Of a stretch of DNA of 64,000 nucleotides, positions 31,027 through 41,088 are shown in pieces (the stretch's first letter is position 1; each line of letters begins with the position of its first letter). The translations under genes and the position numbers were made by a program. The notes beneath the pieces were generated by a model, which saw only the letters and a list, made by a program, of their open reading frames with translations, was not told where the DNA came from and ran no database searches. Source of the DNA: Chloroflexota bacterium (GTDB taxonomy: Bacteria > Chloroflexota > Limnocylindria > Limnocylindrales > CSP1-4); the NCBI GenBank assembly GCA_021786385.1, contig JAJYNJ010000080.1:195-64194 (forward strand), in the 5' to 3' direction.

Positions 31027-31236
31027 TCAGCGGGTCCGGACCCGGACCGGTTGGAGCCGCCGCTCTCGGCGCCGTTCGAGCAACGCCCTGAGTTCGCCCA
31101 TCAGCGCTCCCAGCTCATGCACCAGTTCGTCGGCCTGGCGCCAGGCTTCGCTGTCGGGGTTGGCCAGACGACGCCGGCGCATCGCTGCTCGCGTGGTCTG
31201 TTTCAGTTCGTCGAGAACCCGTTCCAGGTCAGGCAT
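31027..31236 (-). CDS. Small hypothetical protein (69 aa, Arg-rich, helical)
   Basis: ATG at 31236 with AAGGAG 6 nt upstream. The product is MPDLERVLDELKQTTRAAMRRRRLANPDSEAWRQADELVHELGALMGELRALLERRRERRL…. Confidence 0.4.
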   Translation of the reverse strand: MPDLERVLDELKQTTRAAMRRRRLANPDSEAWRQADELVHELGALMGELRALLERRRERRLQPVRVRTR

Positions 31237-31609
31237 CGTGTCGCTCCTTCGGGGCCGGACGCCCCCCGGCCCTCGCCCGGTCCAGTGCATCTTCGGCCGC
31301 CAGTGTTCAGCGGATTGCGCTGGGCTGGTGAAGAAAGCGACATGGGACGTCAGCAAGGTCAGCTGCAAGCTGCAGGGGCTCGGAAGGACTGCTCCGGGCG
31401 GTGCCTTCGGCGGGGTGCCGTTGGGGCGCGCGGGACGATACGGTGCCGCCATGTCGCGTCTGCTCGCCGGAGCGCCGTTCGTCACGGACTTCACGGGGTA
31501 CATCCTGACGTGGCGCGACTAGGAGTGATGGCGCGCCGACCTGTGCGTCACGGCGCCGCGATTCCGACACCCGTCCGCGCCGGCCGCACCCGCAGCGGCC
31601 GCGGGCGCC

Positions 31610-31939
31610 TCAGGCCATCCCGGACGCCCGGGCCGCGGCAACCAGCGCGACCCCCACGAGCAGCCCCAGGAAGAGGTTGCGCCGCCACGCCACGAGCGTG
31701 ACCGACGCCCCGACTGCGGCCCACTCGATCCCGATGTGGAACGCCGGCCGACCGTCGACCGTGCCGATCATCACGTTGGCGGCGGCCAGAGCGGCGAGCA
31801 CGGCCGGTCCCACGAGCCGCAGATAGAGCCGGACACCGGCGGGCAGTTTCTCCATACCCGGCGCCAGCAGCGGCACGGCGCGCGAGGGATAGGTGACGGC
31901 CCCCATCAGGACCGCCAGGGCGACCAGGCCGAGGCTCAC
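31610..31939 (-). CDS. azlD: Branched-chain amino-acid exporter small subunit AzlD
   Basis: 109 aa with 3-4 TMs. It is coupled to the upstream azlC (start/stop overlap). Confidence 0.7.
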   Translation of the reverse strand: MSLGLVALAVLMGAVTYPSRAVPLLAPGMEKLPAGVRLYLRLVGPAVLAALAAANVMIGTVDGRPAFHIGIEWAAVGASVTLVAWRRNLFLGLLVGVALVAAARASGMA

Positions 31940-32766
31940 GGCAGCCCCGCTTCGTCGGGTGGAGCGATCGCCGCCTGGGCATCCGCGAGGAGCTGGACGT
32001 CCGGGGTCGTGTCGGGTGAGGAGGGCGCGGGCACGACGCGCGCGACCGGGCGCAGCCGCCCCGCGGCGATCCCTGCGAGCGGTCCCAAGAGGCCGCCGGC
32101 TACCACGCCGGCGGCGGTACCGACCACGAGCCCGAGGGCCACGGCGACGGCCGAACCGGAGACCGCCGCCACGAGCTCACGATGCCCGATGACGAGCCCG
32201 ATCGCCAGCCCGGCCATCGCGGCGGGGAAGACGACGTCCAGCCCGAACCGGCGCGGATCGGCGATCTGCCCCCCGAGCACGGCGCCCAGCGCAGTCATGA
32301 CGTTCCAGGGAATCCAGGTGGAGGCGAGCGCTCCAATCCAGTAACCGCGCTCGTCCGTGTACCCGAGCCGCTGGAAGTGCGCGATCGAGAGCGCGAACGA
32401 CTCATCGGTCAGGACGTAGGCCATCGCCGCGCGTCGCCGCCGTGAACGGCTTCTGAGCCACGGCGCGAGCGCCGCGGAGTAGAGGAGATGGCGCGCGTTC
32501 AGCAGCGCGGTGAGCAGCACGATGCCCGGCCAGGCCAGGCCACCGGTCACCAGACCGACGGCGGCGAACTGCGACGCGCCGGCGAAGACGAACACGCTCA
32601 TCGCGATCGCCTCGGCTGGGCTCAATCCTGCGTGACGCGCCGCCAGGCCGTAGACCAAACCGAAGCCGCCGGACGAGATGGCGATCCCTGCCGATTCGGC
32701 CCAGAGGCGTCGTCGCGACGCGGCGAGGGCGGGCCCGGCGGGCTCCGCGGCAGGCTCTCCAATCAT
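31936..32766 (-). CDS. azlC: AzlC-family branched-chain amino-acid permease
   Basis: AzlC motifs (…FVFAGASQFAAV…) in a polytopic membrane protein. The ATG is at 32766. Confidence 0.75.
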   Translation of the reverse strand: MIGEPAAEPAGPALAASRRRLWAESAGIAISSGGFGLVYGLAARHAGLSPAEAIAMSVFVFAGASQFAAVGLVTGGLAWPGIVLLTALLNARHLLYSAALAPWLRSRSRRRRAAMAYVLTDESFALSIAHFQRLGYTDERGYWIGALASTWIPWNVMTALGAVLGGQIADPRRFGLDVVFPAAMAGLAIGLVIGHRELVAAVSGSAVAVALGLVVGTAAGVVAGGLLGPLAGIAAGRLRPVARVVPAPSSPDTTPDVQLLADAQAAIAPPDEAGLP

Positions 32767-32947
32767 GGGCACGGGTCGCAGGGGCGACCGACTGTCGCCT
32801 GGGTTCTCCGGTACCATTCGTCGTCCGCCGCGGATTCCGAGCCGTTCGTTGGCATGGTCGTCATCTGCGACCGACTGTATGCGATTGGCCGTCCGTATGT
32901 GACTCTGGCGCGCAGCCGACCCCGCGCCCGACGTCGTGGCCCTCGCC

Positions 32948-33772
32948 TCAGATCGCCAGGCGCGGGTAGAGCCGTGCTGCGATCACGAGCAGGACGACCA
33001 GCGCGAACGCCAGCACCCCGAAATCGAGCGTGATCGGGAACGTGCTCGTCCCACCTGCCACCATCAAGCTGCGCAGCGCGTCCACCTGGTACGTCAGCGG
33101 GTTCACGTTGGCGAGCACCTGCAGCCACGTCGGCATCAGCGCGATCGGGTAGACCGCGCTGCTCGCGAAGAAGAGCGGCATCGTGAGCACCTGGCCGATC
33201 CCCATGAAGCGCTCGCGGGTGCGTACCACGCACGCGATCACGAGGGAGAAAGTGGCGAAGCCTGCCGCTCCGAGCACGACCACGACCGCGACGCCGAGGA
33301 CCTGCGGCAGCCCGACTTGCAGGTGAACCCCGATCAGCGCCGCCACGACATAGATCACCGCCGCCTGCACCAGGGCACGCAGCCCACCCGCGAGCGCCTT
33401 TCCCGCCACGAGCGAGATGCGCGACGCCGGGCTCACCAGGTACTTGTGCAGGACGCCCAGGTCGCGTTCCCAGATCACCGCGATCCCGAAGAAGATCGCC
33501 GAGAAGAGGGCGCTCTGGGCCAGCACCCCCGGCGCCAGGAAGTCGATGTAGCCGAGCTGGCCCGTCGGGATCGCGCGCGCCCGGGCGAGCACCTGGCCGA
33601 ACACCAGGAGCCAGAGGATCGGCTGCACCGCGCGGGTCAGCAGTTCGGTCGGGTCGTGCGCAAGCTTCCGCAGCTCCGCCTCCGCGACCGTCCAGACGTC
33701 AAGGACGAACCGGGCGGCGGCGGGCGGCTCAGCCGAGGCGACGGGCCGTGCGGCGCGTTCGAGCGACGTCAC
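32948..33772 (-). CDS. ABC-2 type exporter permease
   Basis: 6-TM ABC-2 family permease. I place the start at the GTG at 33772 with a strong AAGGAGGA 7 nt upstream. This overlaps the ATPase gene by 44 nt; the alternative ATG at 33823 has no RBS. Confidence 0.7.
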   Translation of the reverse strand: MTSLERAARPVASAEPPAAARFVLDVWTVAEAELRKLAHDPTELLTRAVQPILWLLVFGQVLARARAIPTGQLGYIDFLAPGVLAQSALFSAIFFGIAVIWERDLGVLHKYLVSPASRISLVAGKALAGGLRALVQAAVIYVVAALIGVHLQVGLPQVLGVAVVVVLGAAGFATFSLVIACVVRTRERFMGIGQVLTMPLFFASSAVYPIALMPTWLQVLANVNPLTYQVDALRSLMVAGGTSTFPITLDFGVLAFALVVLLVIAARLYPRLAI

Positions 33773-34526
33773 GATACGTTCCTCCTTCGTTCGGGTCGCT
33801 GCCGGTGTAGTGGGTGAAGACATCGTCGAGCGTGGCTCCCGAGCCCACCTCCCCAGCGAGCGACTCCGGGGTGCCGAGCGCCACGAGTTTGCCGAGGTGC
33901 ATGATCCCGACGCGTTCGCACAGCTCCGCCGCCTCGTCCATGTAGTGGGTCGTGAGCAGGATCGTGGTGCCCTCGCGCTCGCGCAGTCGGCGCACGTGCT
34001 CCCAGACGGCCCGGCGGGCGACCGGATCGAGTCCCACCGTCGGTTCGTCGAGGAAGAGCACCTCGGGCTGATGGAGCATGGCCTGGGCGATCTCGAGGCG
34101 GCGGATCATGCCGCCCGAGAAGGTCCGCACGAGGTGATCGGCGACGTCCGCCAGCCCCATGAACTCGAGCGCGGCATCGATCCGTGCGCGGCGCTCGGCC
34201 GAGGGGATGTGATAGAGACGGCCGGAGATGTCGAGGTTCTCGCGAGCGGTGAGGGCGCCGTCCGAGGAGAGCAGCTGCGGGACATACCCGATCGAACGGC
34301 GGACCAGCCGTTGCTCGGTGAGCACGTTGTGCCCGGCGACCGTGGCGCTGCCTGTGGTGGGGGGCAGCAGCGTGATCAGCATCTTGATGGTGGTGGTCTT
34401 GCCCGCCCCATTGGGTCCGAGGAGGCCGAAGACCTCCCCCGGCTCCACACTCAGGGAAAGGGCATCGACCGCGCAGACCGCCCCGAAGCGACGGGTCAGC
34501 GCGTTTGTTCGAATGGCCAGCGGCAT
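33729..34526 (-). CDS. ABC transporter ATP-binding protein (DrrA-like, partner of the ABC-2 permease)
   Basis: Walker A GPNGAGKTT, signature FSGGMIRR, Walker B LFLDEPT. Confidence 0.85.
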   Translation of the reverse strand: MPLAIRTNALTRRFGAVCAVDALSLSVEPGEVFGLLGPNGAGKTTTIKMLITLLPPTTGSATVAGHNVLTEQRLVRRSIGYVPQLLSSDGALTARENLDISGRLYHIPSAERRARIDAALEFMGLADVADHLVRTFSGGMIRRLEIAQAMLHQPEVLFLDEPTVGLDPVARRAVWEHVRRLREREGTTILLTTHYMDEAAELCERVGIMHLGKLVALGTPESLAGEVGSGATLDDVFTHYTGSDPNEGGTYRDVARTRRTARRLG

Positions 34527-34553
34527 CGTGGCCTCGTGCGTGAATGTGTGTCA

Positions 34554-34568
34554 GTTAGGTCACCTAAC
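34554..34568. promoter_or_regulatory. Perfect 7-1-7 inverted repeat GTTAGGTcACCTAAC in the MarR / ABC-exporter divergent intergenic region (candidate MarR operator)
   Basis: Read directly, ~20 nt upstream of the marR ATG (34586) and ~30 nt upstream of the ABC ATPase start (34526, minus strand). Confidence 0.4.
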
Positions 34569-34585
34569 AGTCTATCATTCCGCGC

Positions 34586-35146
34586 ATGCAGGGGTCTACG
34601 GACCGATCCAGCGCCGATGACGCGGCGGCCGCCATCCTCGAGAGCGTGCCGCTGGCGATGCGCGCGATCCGGGCGCGCATGCGAGAGGGTCGGCCGGCCG
34701 GGCTGTCGGTCGCGCAGTTCCGGGCCCTGCTGCATCTGCGCCGGCGCCCGGGCAGCGGGCTGTCGGAGATCGCGGATCACCTCGGGACCTCGGTCCCGGC
34801 TGCCTCCGAGCTGGTGAGCCGACTGGTGCGCCAAGGGCTGGTCGTCCGGGAAACGGACCCTGCAGAACGTCGGCGCATTCGTCTCACGCTGAGCCCGGCA
34901 GGGACGGCCCAGCTCGATGAGGCGCAACGGGCGGCGATGCAGTGGCTGCGCGGCCTCGTCGAGGCACTGGAACCGGGGCGGCGACGGGCGCTGGTCGAGG
35001 CGCTGACGGACCTGCGTAGACTGATCCAGGCGGTGGAGGAACCGGTCGAGCCGAGGGAAGGGTTGGCCGAACCGGCGGAGGGGTCCGCCCAACTGCCCGG
35101 GCGGGCTGCGCGATCGGCGGAGGTGCAGACACCGGCGCCCTCCTGA
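34586..35146 (+). CDS. MarR-family transcriptional regulator
   Basis: Winged-HTH MarR core (LSVAQFRALLHLRRRPGSGLSEIADHLGTSVPAASELVSRLVRQGLVVRETDPAERRRIRLTLSPAG). It is divergent from the ABC-2 exporter operon. Confidence 0.8.
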   Translation: MQGSTDRSSADDAAAAILESVPLAMRAIRARMREGRPAGLSVAQFRALLHLRRRPGSGLSEIADHLGTSVPAASELVSRLVRQGLVVRETDPAERRRIRLTLSPAGTAQLDEAQRAAMQWLRGLVEALEPGRRRALVEALTDLRRLIQAVEEPVEPREGLAEPAEGSAQLPGRAARSAEVQTPAPS

Positions 35147-35242
35147 CGATCGGACGCTCAGGACGGGCCGCCCGGACCTTCAGCGTCAGCGGCTGATGGT
35201 GCAACATGACCGCGGGCGCGCGGATGGTCGCCGCGCTACGCC

Positions 35243-35878
35243 GTGCGCCCGTGTACGAGTGTCGCGATGGGGAGGCCGGCCGTGCCGCTCGATGCCGTCG
35301 AGGTCCCTGTTGCGCCGTCCCTGGACGAGGCCGCCGGTGCGGCGCTGCTCGCGCTTGCACGGGACGCGGTCGAGGCCGCAGTGCGCCGTCGGGCATCTCC
35401 GCGCCCCGAGCCTGCGGCCCTGCCTGCGGTGCTGCGGGCGCCCGCCGCGGCGTTCGTGACGCTCCACCAAGACGGGGAACTGCGCGGCTGCATGGGGCAC
35501 CTGGAGTTCGACCGGCCGCTCTGGCAGAACGTCCTGGTGGCAGGTCGTAGCGCGGCGCTGGAGGACCCTCGCTTCATGCCCGTCACGGAGGCCGAGCTAC
35601 CCGCGATCCGCATCGAGGTCTCCGTGCTGGCACCGCCGGTGGAGCTGCCGGGCCCCGAGGCGTTCGACGCTCGGCAGCACGGCATCATGGTGGAGCGGGC
35701 GGGGCGCCGCGCGCTGCTGCTCCCGCAGGTCGCGGAAGCGTTCGGGTGGGACGAGGCCACCACGCTCGACGCGGTCTGTCGGAAGGCGGGACTCGCCGGA
35801 GACGCCTGGCGCTGGCCGAGCACGCGCCTCTTTGCGTTCCGGTCCGTGCGAGTGGCAGAGCCCGGATTCGAGGCGTGA
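35243..35878 (+). CDS. AMMECR1-domain protein
   Basis: Conserved AMMECR1 motif LRGCMGH and surrounding pattern. The start is uncertain; 35267 is possible. Confidence 0.7.
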   Translation: MRPCTSVAMGRPAVPLDAVEVPVAPSLDEAAGAALLALARDAVEAAVRRRASPRPEPAALPAVLRAPAAAFVTLHQDGELRGCMGHLEFDRPLWQNVLVAGRSAALEDPRFMPVTEAELPAIRIEVSVLAPPVELPGPEAFDARQHGIMVERAGRRALLLPQVAEAFGWDEATTLDAVCRKAGLAGDAWRWPSTRLFAFRSVRVAEPGFEA

Positions 35879-35965
35879 GCCACGGGCGACTGCGTGGGCG
35901 CGCACCTCGCCACGACGACGCGTCACCACCGGGGCTGACCAGCCTGCCGCGACGATGGGCGATGC

Positions 35966-36646
35966 CTACGGGGCGGCCAGGGTCCCGCGCGACGGCCGCT
36001 CGACCGCCCTCCTTGCGGCGCGAGCCCCGTCAGCCGGTTCGTCAGCGGCGAGCGCTGCCTCACCGTAACGCCGCTGGAGGGCGGCGTGCGAGAGCCAGAC
36101 GTCGCTCGAGCGGAGCGCGCTACGCCCGTGACGGAGCCGTTCGCGGCCCCGGGGAGACCAGCGCGCGATCAACCAGCGCAGGAACCAGTCGTCCAGGCGC
36201 GTCCGGGCGGTGCGCGGCCGGGACCGTGCCTCGAAACCGATCCGTCGCGCGAGCGGCCCCATGAGCGTTGCGCCGGTGTACGCGACGGGGCGCCGCTCGG
36301 CCGGCTGGAGGGCGGCCCATGTGGCCAACCGGACGAGGTCGGCGCGTGCCTCGCGCAGGCCCCGGGCCTGCCAGTCGGACGTGGCGACCTGGCGGGCCCG
36401 CGCGTTGTCGATGTGCAACACCCCGATCGGGTCGCCGTACCTGACCGACGTGCCGTCGGCGAGCTCGAGCGGGGGACCGTGGTACCTGCCGAACTCCACC
36501 CCGAGCACCCCGCCTCGCCGGATCGGGCGGATCCGGCGTCGACGGCGGTCGACCTCCTCCCACAGGCGGAGGATGGGATCGAGGGGTCGGGGCGGAGCCG
36601 GCCGGTGAACGCGACGTCGCCGAGCCCGCGTGTCGGCCTCAGGCAT
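35966..36646 (-). CDS. Hypothetical protein (Arg-rich N-terminus, conserved core GVLHIDNARAR…)
   Basis: Its ATG overlaps the 3' end of the MFS gene by 8 nt (ATGCCTGA). I recognise no family. Confidence 0.45.
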   Translation of the reverse strand: MPEADTRARRRRVHRPAPPRPLDPILRLWEEVDRRRRRIRPIRRGGVLGVEFGRYHGPPLELADGTSVRYGDPIGVLHIDNARARQVATSDWQARGLREARADLVRLATWAALQPAERRPVAYTGATLMGPLARRIGFEARSRPRTARTRLDDWFLRWLIARWSPRGRERLRHGRSALRSSDVWLSHAALQRRYGEAALAADEPADGARAARRAVERPSRGTLAAP

Positions 36647-38030
36647 CGCCCGTCCCCAGCGGCCGCTCGTCCGGTCCGAGCGCCGCCACACCGATGCGCG
36701 GCTCGTGGACGTGCAGGACGCCCCAGGCGCCCACGGCGAACTCGATCGCGGCCAGGACGAAGATCGCCCGGTAGCCCAACCCGAACCGGAACCGATTGAC
36801 GAGGTCGGCGATCGGTCCACCGAGCGCCACCGCGAGGAACCCTGCGCCGGCGGTCACGGTATTCGAGAGGCCCAGGTAGCGCCCCGCCTGGTCGAGCGGG
36901 GCCACGTCGGTGAGGAGGGCCCAGTCGGCCGAGAGGAAGACGCCGAGTGCGAGCCCGAAGGGGATCGCGATCAGGAAGAGCGAGGGGTAGTTCGGCGCCA
37001 CCGCGAACAGCAGCGCGCCGACGAGCCCGCTGGCAGCGCTCAACGCAACTGTCCGGACGCGCCCCCAGTGCGCGGTCATGGCGCCGCCGGGAACGGCCGA
37101 GACGAGGGCGACCAGGGCGACCAGGCCCGCGAGCGGCACGAAGGCGAGCCCCGCGTTCGCCCCGAGCCCCAAGGCGTCCTCCAGGTAGTAGTACGCGAAG
37201 GGCTGGAGCGTGCCGGCGGCCATCAGGATCGCCAAGCGCGACGCGAGCAGCCAGAGGTAGTCGCGGTGCTCGAGCACGTCGCGCCCCCACACCTCGAGCA
37301 CGATGCGCCGGATCGGGGTCGCCCAGCGGGACGGGTGGAGGAGCTCGCGCACCCAGTCGACCGGCTCGAGCCGCCCTCCGCCTGCGCGACCCGCCGTCTC
37401 GCGCATCGTCGCCACGGTGACGACCGTCCCGACGACCAGCGCGCCCGCCGAGAAGCTCACCGCCAGCGAGACGTCACCCGCGGCGAGCGCAACGCCGCCC
37501 AGGGCCACGCCCACGACCTGGCCCGCCAGAAGTCCCGCGCCGAGGAAGCCCGACGCCAGCCCGCGCTCGCCGGGCGGCACCATGTCGGGGAGCAGGCCCT
37601 GGTACGGGCCTTGGGCCGTGTTCGAGGCGAGCTCGATGCCGAGCATCACGACCAGGATCGCCCAGTACGCTCCGGCGACCGTGAGGAGCACGATCAGCAC
37701 CGTCTGCACCGCGACGCCAGCGACCATCAATGGGCGGCGACGGCCCCAGGGAGTGACGAGGTGGTCGCTTGCTGCCCCGCTCATGGGCTGGACGATGATC
37801 GAGACGAGCGCCTGGAGGGCGCCGATCAGCGAGAGCGCGGACGTCTTGATCGCCGCCGGCACGAACTGCTCGACCAAGCGGGGTAGGACGATCGTGGTGA
37901 GGCTGCCCCACGTGATCGACAGCCCGAACCAGTAGGCGCTCATCGCCCCTAGATCGCGCAGACCCATCCCCGTCCGTGGCCCAGCCCGCGCCTCGGTGGG
38001 CGAGGACGTCATCTGATCTCCTCCGGTCAC
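36639..38030 (-). CDS. MFS transporter
   Basis: 463 aa with 12 predicted TMs and an MFS loop motif (…GIFLPM-like GRRRPLMVAG). Confidence 0.8.
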   Translation of the reverse strand: MTGGDQMTSSPTEARAGPRTGMGLRDLGAMSAYWFGLSITWGSLTTIVLPRLVEQFVPAAIKTSALSLIGALQALVSIIVQPMSGAASDHLVTPWGRRRPLMVAGVAVQTVLIVLLTVAGAYWAILVVMLGIELASNTAQGPYQGLLPDMVPPGERGLASGFLGAGLLAGQVVGVALGGVALAAGDVSLAVSFSAGALVVGTVVTVATMRETAGRAGGGRLEPVDWVRELLHPSRWATPIRRIVLEVWGRDVLEHRDYLWLLASRLAILMAAGTLQPFAYYYLEDALGLGANAGLAFVPLAGLVALVALVSAVPGGAMTAHWGRVRTVALSAASGLVGALLFAVAPNYPSLFLIAIPFGLALGVFLSADWALLTDVAPLDQAGRYLGLSNTVTAGAGFLAVALGGPIADLVNRFRFGLGYRAIFVLAAIEFAVGAWGVLHVHEPRIGVAALGPDERPLGTGDA

Positions 38031-38253
38031 CCCATCGGACGGCGGCCCGCATCAGGACCGCGGAAAGCCTCCGATCCAAAGTTTCGGCCGCGCGGCCTCG
38101 CCTCGCAAGGGTCGACCGCTCGCGCGTGGGCCACTCTGGCACGCGCAGGCCAGTCTGGCACGCGCAGCCCGGCGGGGGGCCACGCCTCCGCGTGGCCCCC
38201 CGCCGCTACTGGGTCGCTGCTCCGGCGTCGGCGACCGCCGGCCATGGGCACGC

Positions 38254-38562
38254 TCAGGCCGTGGAACCGACCTCCGGCCAGAGCCCCGTGTAGCGGACGC
38301 CCTGGCGTGGCTCGGCCATCCAGTCCGCGACCGTCTCGCGCCAGGTGAGGTAGTGCGCCGTTTCCCGGTGGGCCTGGGCCGCCGCGGCGTCCACGTACGC
38401 CTCGTAGAAGACGAAGCGGGTCGGGTCGTCGACCGCTTGCAGGATGTCGAACCGTAGGTTCCCCGGCTCCCGGATCGAGCCCTCGTGGTTCGCGCGGGTC
38501 GCCGCGATGAACTCCTCTAGGTGCTCGGGCAGCACGTGGATGTGGACCAGCGTGACGTGCAT
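38254..38562 (-). CDS. Antibiotic-biosynthesis-monooxygenase (ABM) domain protein
   Basis: 102 aa ferredoxin-like ABM fold (MHVTLVHIHVLPEHLEEFIAATRANHEGSIREPGNLRFDILQ…). ATG at 38562 with GGGAGGA upstream. Confidence 0.7.
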   Translation of the reverse strand: MHVTLVHIHVLPEHLEEFIAATRANHEGSIREPGNLRFDILQAVDDPTRFVFYEAYVDAAAAQAHRETAHYLTWRETVADWMAEPRQGVRYTGLWPEVGSTA

Positions 38563-38714
38563 CCCGGTTCGTTCCTCCCTGTACGTCGATCGTCGTTGGG
38601 CCCGGGTCGACGGAGCCAACGCGGCCTGCGTGCACTCGAACCGGGCAACGCCAGCGGCCGAGACGGCCGAGACGGCCGAGGCGCTGCCCTGCTCGGAGCT
38701 GCCCTGCTCTGACC

Positions 38715-39080
38715 TTACGCTTGCGGGAGCTGCCGTTCTTCGAGCGGCACGTCCCAGTGCGCGTCGAGCAGCTCGAAGCGTCGCTGCTCTGCGGCACGGA
38801 ACGTCTCCTGGTCCGGGTAGAGGCGCTGCGCGATCTCCGGTTCGGAGTGCTCCTCCATGGCGGCCCAGTCGCGGTACGTGATGGTGACCATGACGTCCCA
38901 GTCGGCGCGGCCGTCGCCGTGGAAGCGTGGCTGGTAGAGGCGCACGTCCAGGAGCCGGCCGATCCGCAGCTGCTCCCGCAGGATCGGCCAGTGATTGCGC
39001 AGGAAGAGCTCCACCCACTCGTCGTGGTGCCCCCAGCGCACGCGGTAGAAGTACGCGGCCGTCACCGGTTGGTCGGCCAT
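38715..39080 (-). CDS. Hypothetical dimeric alpha+beta barrel-like protein (NIPSNAP/ABM-like)
   Basis: ATG at 39080 with GGAGG upstream. It is ~121 aa; the family assignment is tentative. Confidence 0.5.
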   Translation of the reverse strand: MADQPVTAAYFYRVRWGHHDEWVELFLRNHWPILREQLRIGRLLDVRLYQPRFHGDGRADWDVMVTITYRDWAAMEEHSEPEIAQRLYPDQETFRAAEQRRFELLDAHWDVPLEERQLPQA

Positions 39081-39251
39081 GCGATCGCCTCCTCTCATCT
39101 TCGATGCCCGGGCCGCACGCTACCACGGCGGGCCAGATCGACCCGGGCCGTCGCTTGCCCCGTGGGTCGACGGCACCCGGGGCAGCGGGTCGCGGAGCTG
39201 GCAACCGCCGCTGCCGGCGAGGATCGGCGCCCCGCCACTATCGGCGCCCCG

Positions 39252-40223
39252 CTACTGTGACCACTCGGTGGGCCTGCGGTCCCAGCGGTGGGCGCGCAGG
39301 CGGGCGAGCAGGTCGGGCGGGAGCGGGCCGGCTTCGGCGGCGCGCACGTTCTGGGCCACGCGTTCCGGGCTCCGCATCCCCGGGATGACCGTCGAGACGT
39401 CGGGGTTCGAGAGGATGAAGCGCAGCGCCATCTCCGCCATGGTCATGCCGGGGGGCACCAGTGGCCGCAGCGCCTCGGCGTGCTCCACGCTTTGACGCAG
39501 GTTCTCGGGCACGAAATACGTGTTGCGCCAGTCTCCCTCGGGCCAATGCGAATCGAGCGTCAGGGTGCCCGTCAAGGTGCCCTCGTCGAACGGCACCCGA
39601 GCGATCACGGCGACGTCGAGCCGGCGGCACTCCGGGAAGAGCTCATCCTCAGGCGCCTGGTCGAAGATGTTGTAGATGACCTGGACCGCGTCGATCAGCC
39701 CGGTGCGCAGCGTGCGCAGCACGTTCCACGGTTCCCAGCGATTCACGCTGACCCCGACGGCGCGGACGAGGCCCTCGCGCTTCAGATCGTCGACCGCGCG
39801 CTGCCAGCGCTCGTCGTCGGCCCAGGCGTCCTCCCAGACGTGGAACTGGATCAGGTCGACCGTACCGAGCCCGAGGTTCGCGAGGCTCTTCTCGGCATAG
39901 GCGCGGATCTGGTCGGGCGGGAACGCCTGGTCGAGCGGATCTCCACGGCGAGAGGGCCAGCGGCGGTTGTGGGGCGGGATCTTCGTGGCGGTGTAGAGCC
40001 GGCGGCCCGGGTTCGCCCGTACGAGCTGGCCGAGCAGCCGCTCGCTGCGGCCCTCACCATACGCCCAGGCCGTGTCGAAGAACGTGACGCCCCGGTCCAC
40101 GGCGGTCTGCAGGGCCTGCAGCGATCGCTCGTCGTCCGAGCCGGACCAGCTGCCCATCCCCCACATGCCATGGCCGAGCTCACTGACGAGCCACCCTGTC
40201 CGTCCGAACCGTCGTTCCCGCAT
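39252..40223 (-). CDS. Aldo/keto reductase
   Basis: AKR family with the catalytic tetrad context (DTAWAYG…, K in TKIPPH, and so on). 323 aa. Confidence 0.85.
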   Translation of the reverse strand: MRERRFGRTGWLVSELGHGMWGMGSWSGSDDERSLQALQTAVDRGVTFFDTAWAYGEGRSERLLGQLVRANPGRRLYTATKIPPHNRRWPSRRGDPLDQAFPPDQIRAYAEKSLANLGLGTVDLIQFHVWEDAWADDERWQRAVDDLKREGLVRAVGVSVNRWEPWNVLRTLRTGLIDAVQVIYNIFDQAPEDELFPECRRLDVAVIARVPFDEGTLTGTLTLDSHWPEGDWRNTYFVPENLRQSVEHAEALRPLVPPGMTMAEMALRFILSNPDVSTVIPGMRSPERVAQNVRAAEAGPLPPDLLARLRAHRWDRRPTEWSQ

Positions 40224-40401
40224 CGCTCGCCTCCTCCTGCCTGAGCCGCTGCCCGTGCGTGGTTCCGCTGCGCGCCTGACGATACCGCCTTCGCCCCCGA
40301 GGGTGGCGCGCCCCGCACGGCACCGCTGTTCCTGCGTTCCGTCTCCAGCCCGCAGAGTCGCCGAGCTCGGCGGCGCCGAGCGTCGTCCTGATCGCCCCTC
40401 G

Positions 40402-41049
40402 TTACGTGATGCGCCCCGTCGCGAGGTCGACGAGCCGCTGCAGGGCCGGGCGCAACCCGGGCAGCGACCCCGGCGCGTGCCGCAGCGAGACGAGCAGCGT
40501 CATGCGAGGTTGCGCGCCGCGCAGCTCGAGCAGCACCACGTCGCCGAGATCGGTCGCTGCCGGCACCAACCGTTCCATGGCCGCCCTCCCCGGAGCGTCG
40601 TAGGCGACGATCGCGAGTCCGCGCCCATCTGCCGTGCTGCGTGTCCCGCCCGCCGCGACCGCGGCACGCAGGGCCGCACGCCCGGTGCGGTGGTGCGGAT
40701 CGGCCAGGAGGCCCACGCCGACCGGCGGCCCGTCTAGTTCGGCCTTCACGTCGAGCAGGTCACCCCGCCCCTGCAGCGCCCAAAGCACCCAGACCAGGAG
40801 GGCCTCGCGCGGTGCCATCAGCACGGTCGCGACCGCCCGTCCGACGCCGCGAACCGGTCGCTCCGCCTCGATGCGGACGATACTCCGGCCGAGCCGCTGC
40901 AATTTCGCGGGGCCGGCGGGTCCGGCGAACGCCTCGCGCAGACCTGCGGCGAGCGCCTCCATGCGACGTGCGTTCAGCACGCCCCCGACCGCGTACCCTC
41001 CGACGAGCACCACGGCGAGCACGACCACGATGAGCGTGCCGCTATCCAC
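40402..41049 (-). CDS. Hypothetical N-terminally membrane-anchored protein
   Basis: GTG at 41049 (RBS AAGGGAG upstream) followed by a single TM (LIVVVLAVVLVGGYAVGGVL). The rest is a soluble domain of unknown family. The longer upstream extension looks noncoding. Confidence 0.45.
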   Translation of the reverse strand: MDSGTLIVVVLAVVLVGGYAVGGVLNARRMEALAAGLREAFAGPAGPAKLQRLGRSIVRIEAERPVRGVGRAVATVLMAPREALLVWVLWALQGRGDLLDVKAELDGPPVGVGLLADPHHRTGRAALRAAVAAGGTRSTADGRGLAIVAYDAPGRAAMERLVPAATDLGDVVLLELRGAQPRMTLLVSLRHAPGSLPGLRPALQRLVDLATGRIT

Positions 41050-41066
41050 TCGTGACCGCTCCCTTC

Positions 41067-41088
41067 GCGTTTGTAATGCGTTTGTTAT
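41067..41088. repeat. Tandem 11-bp direct repeat GCGTTTGTAAT / GCGTTTGTTAT in an unusually AT-rich promoter island
   Basis: Read directly (…cgcgtttgtaatgcgtttgttattgctcttcc…). It lies between the divergent starts of the 40402..41049 gene and cstA. Confidence 0.4.
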
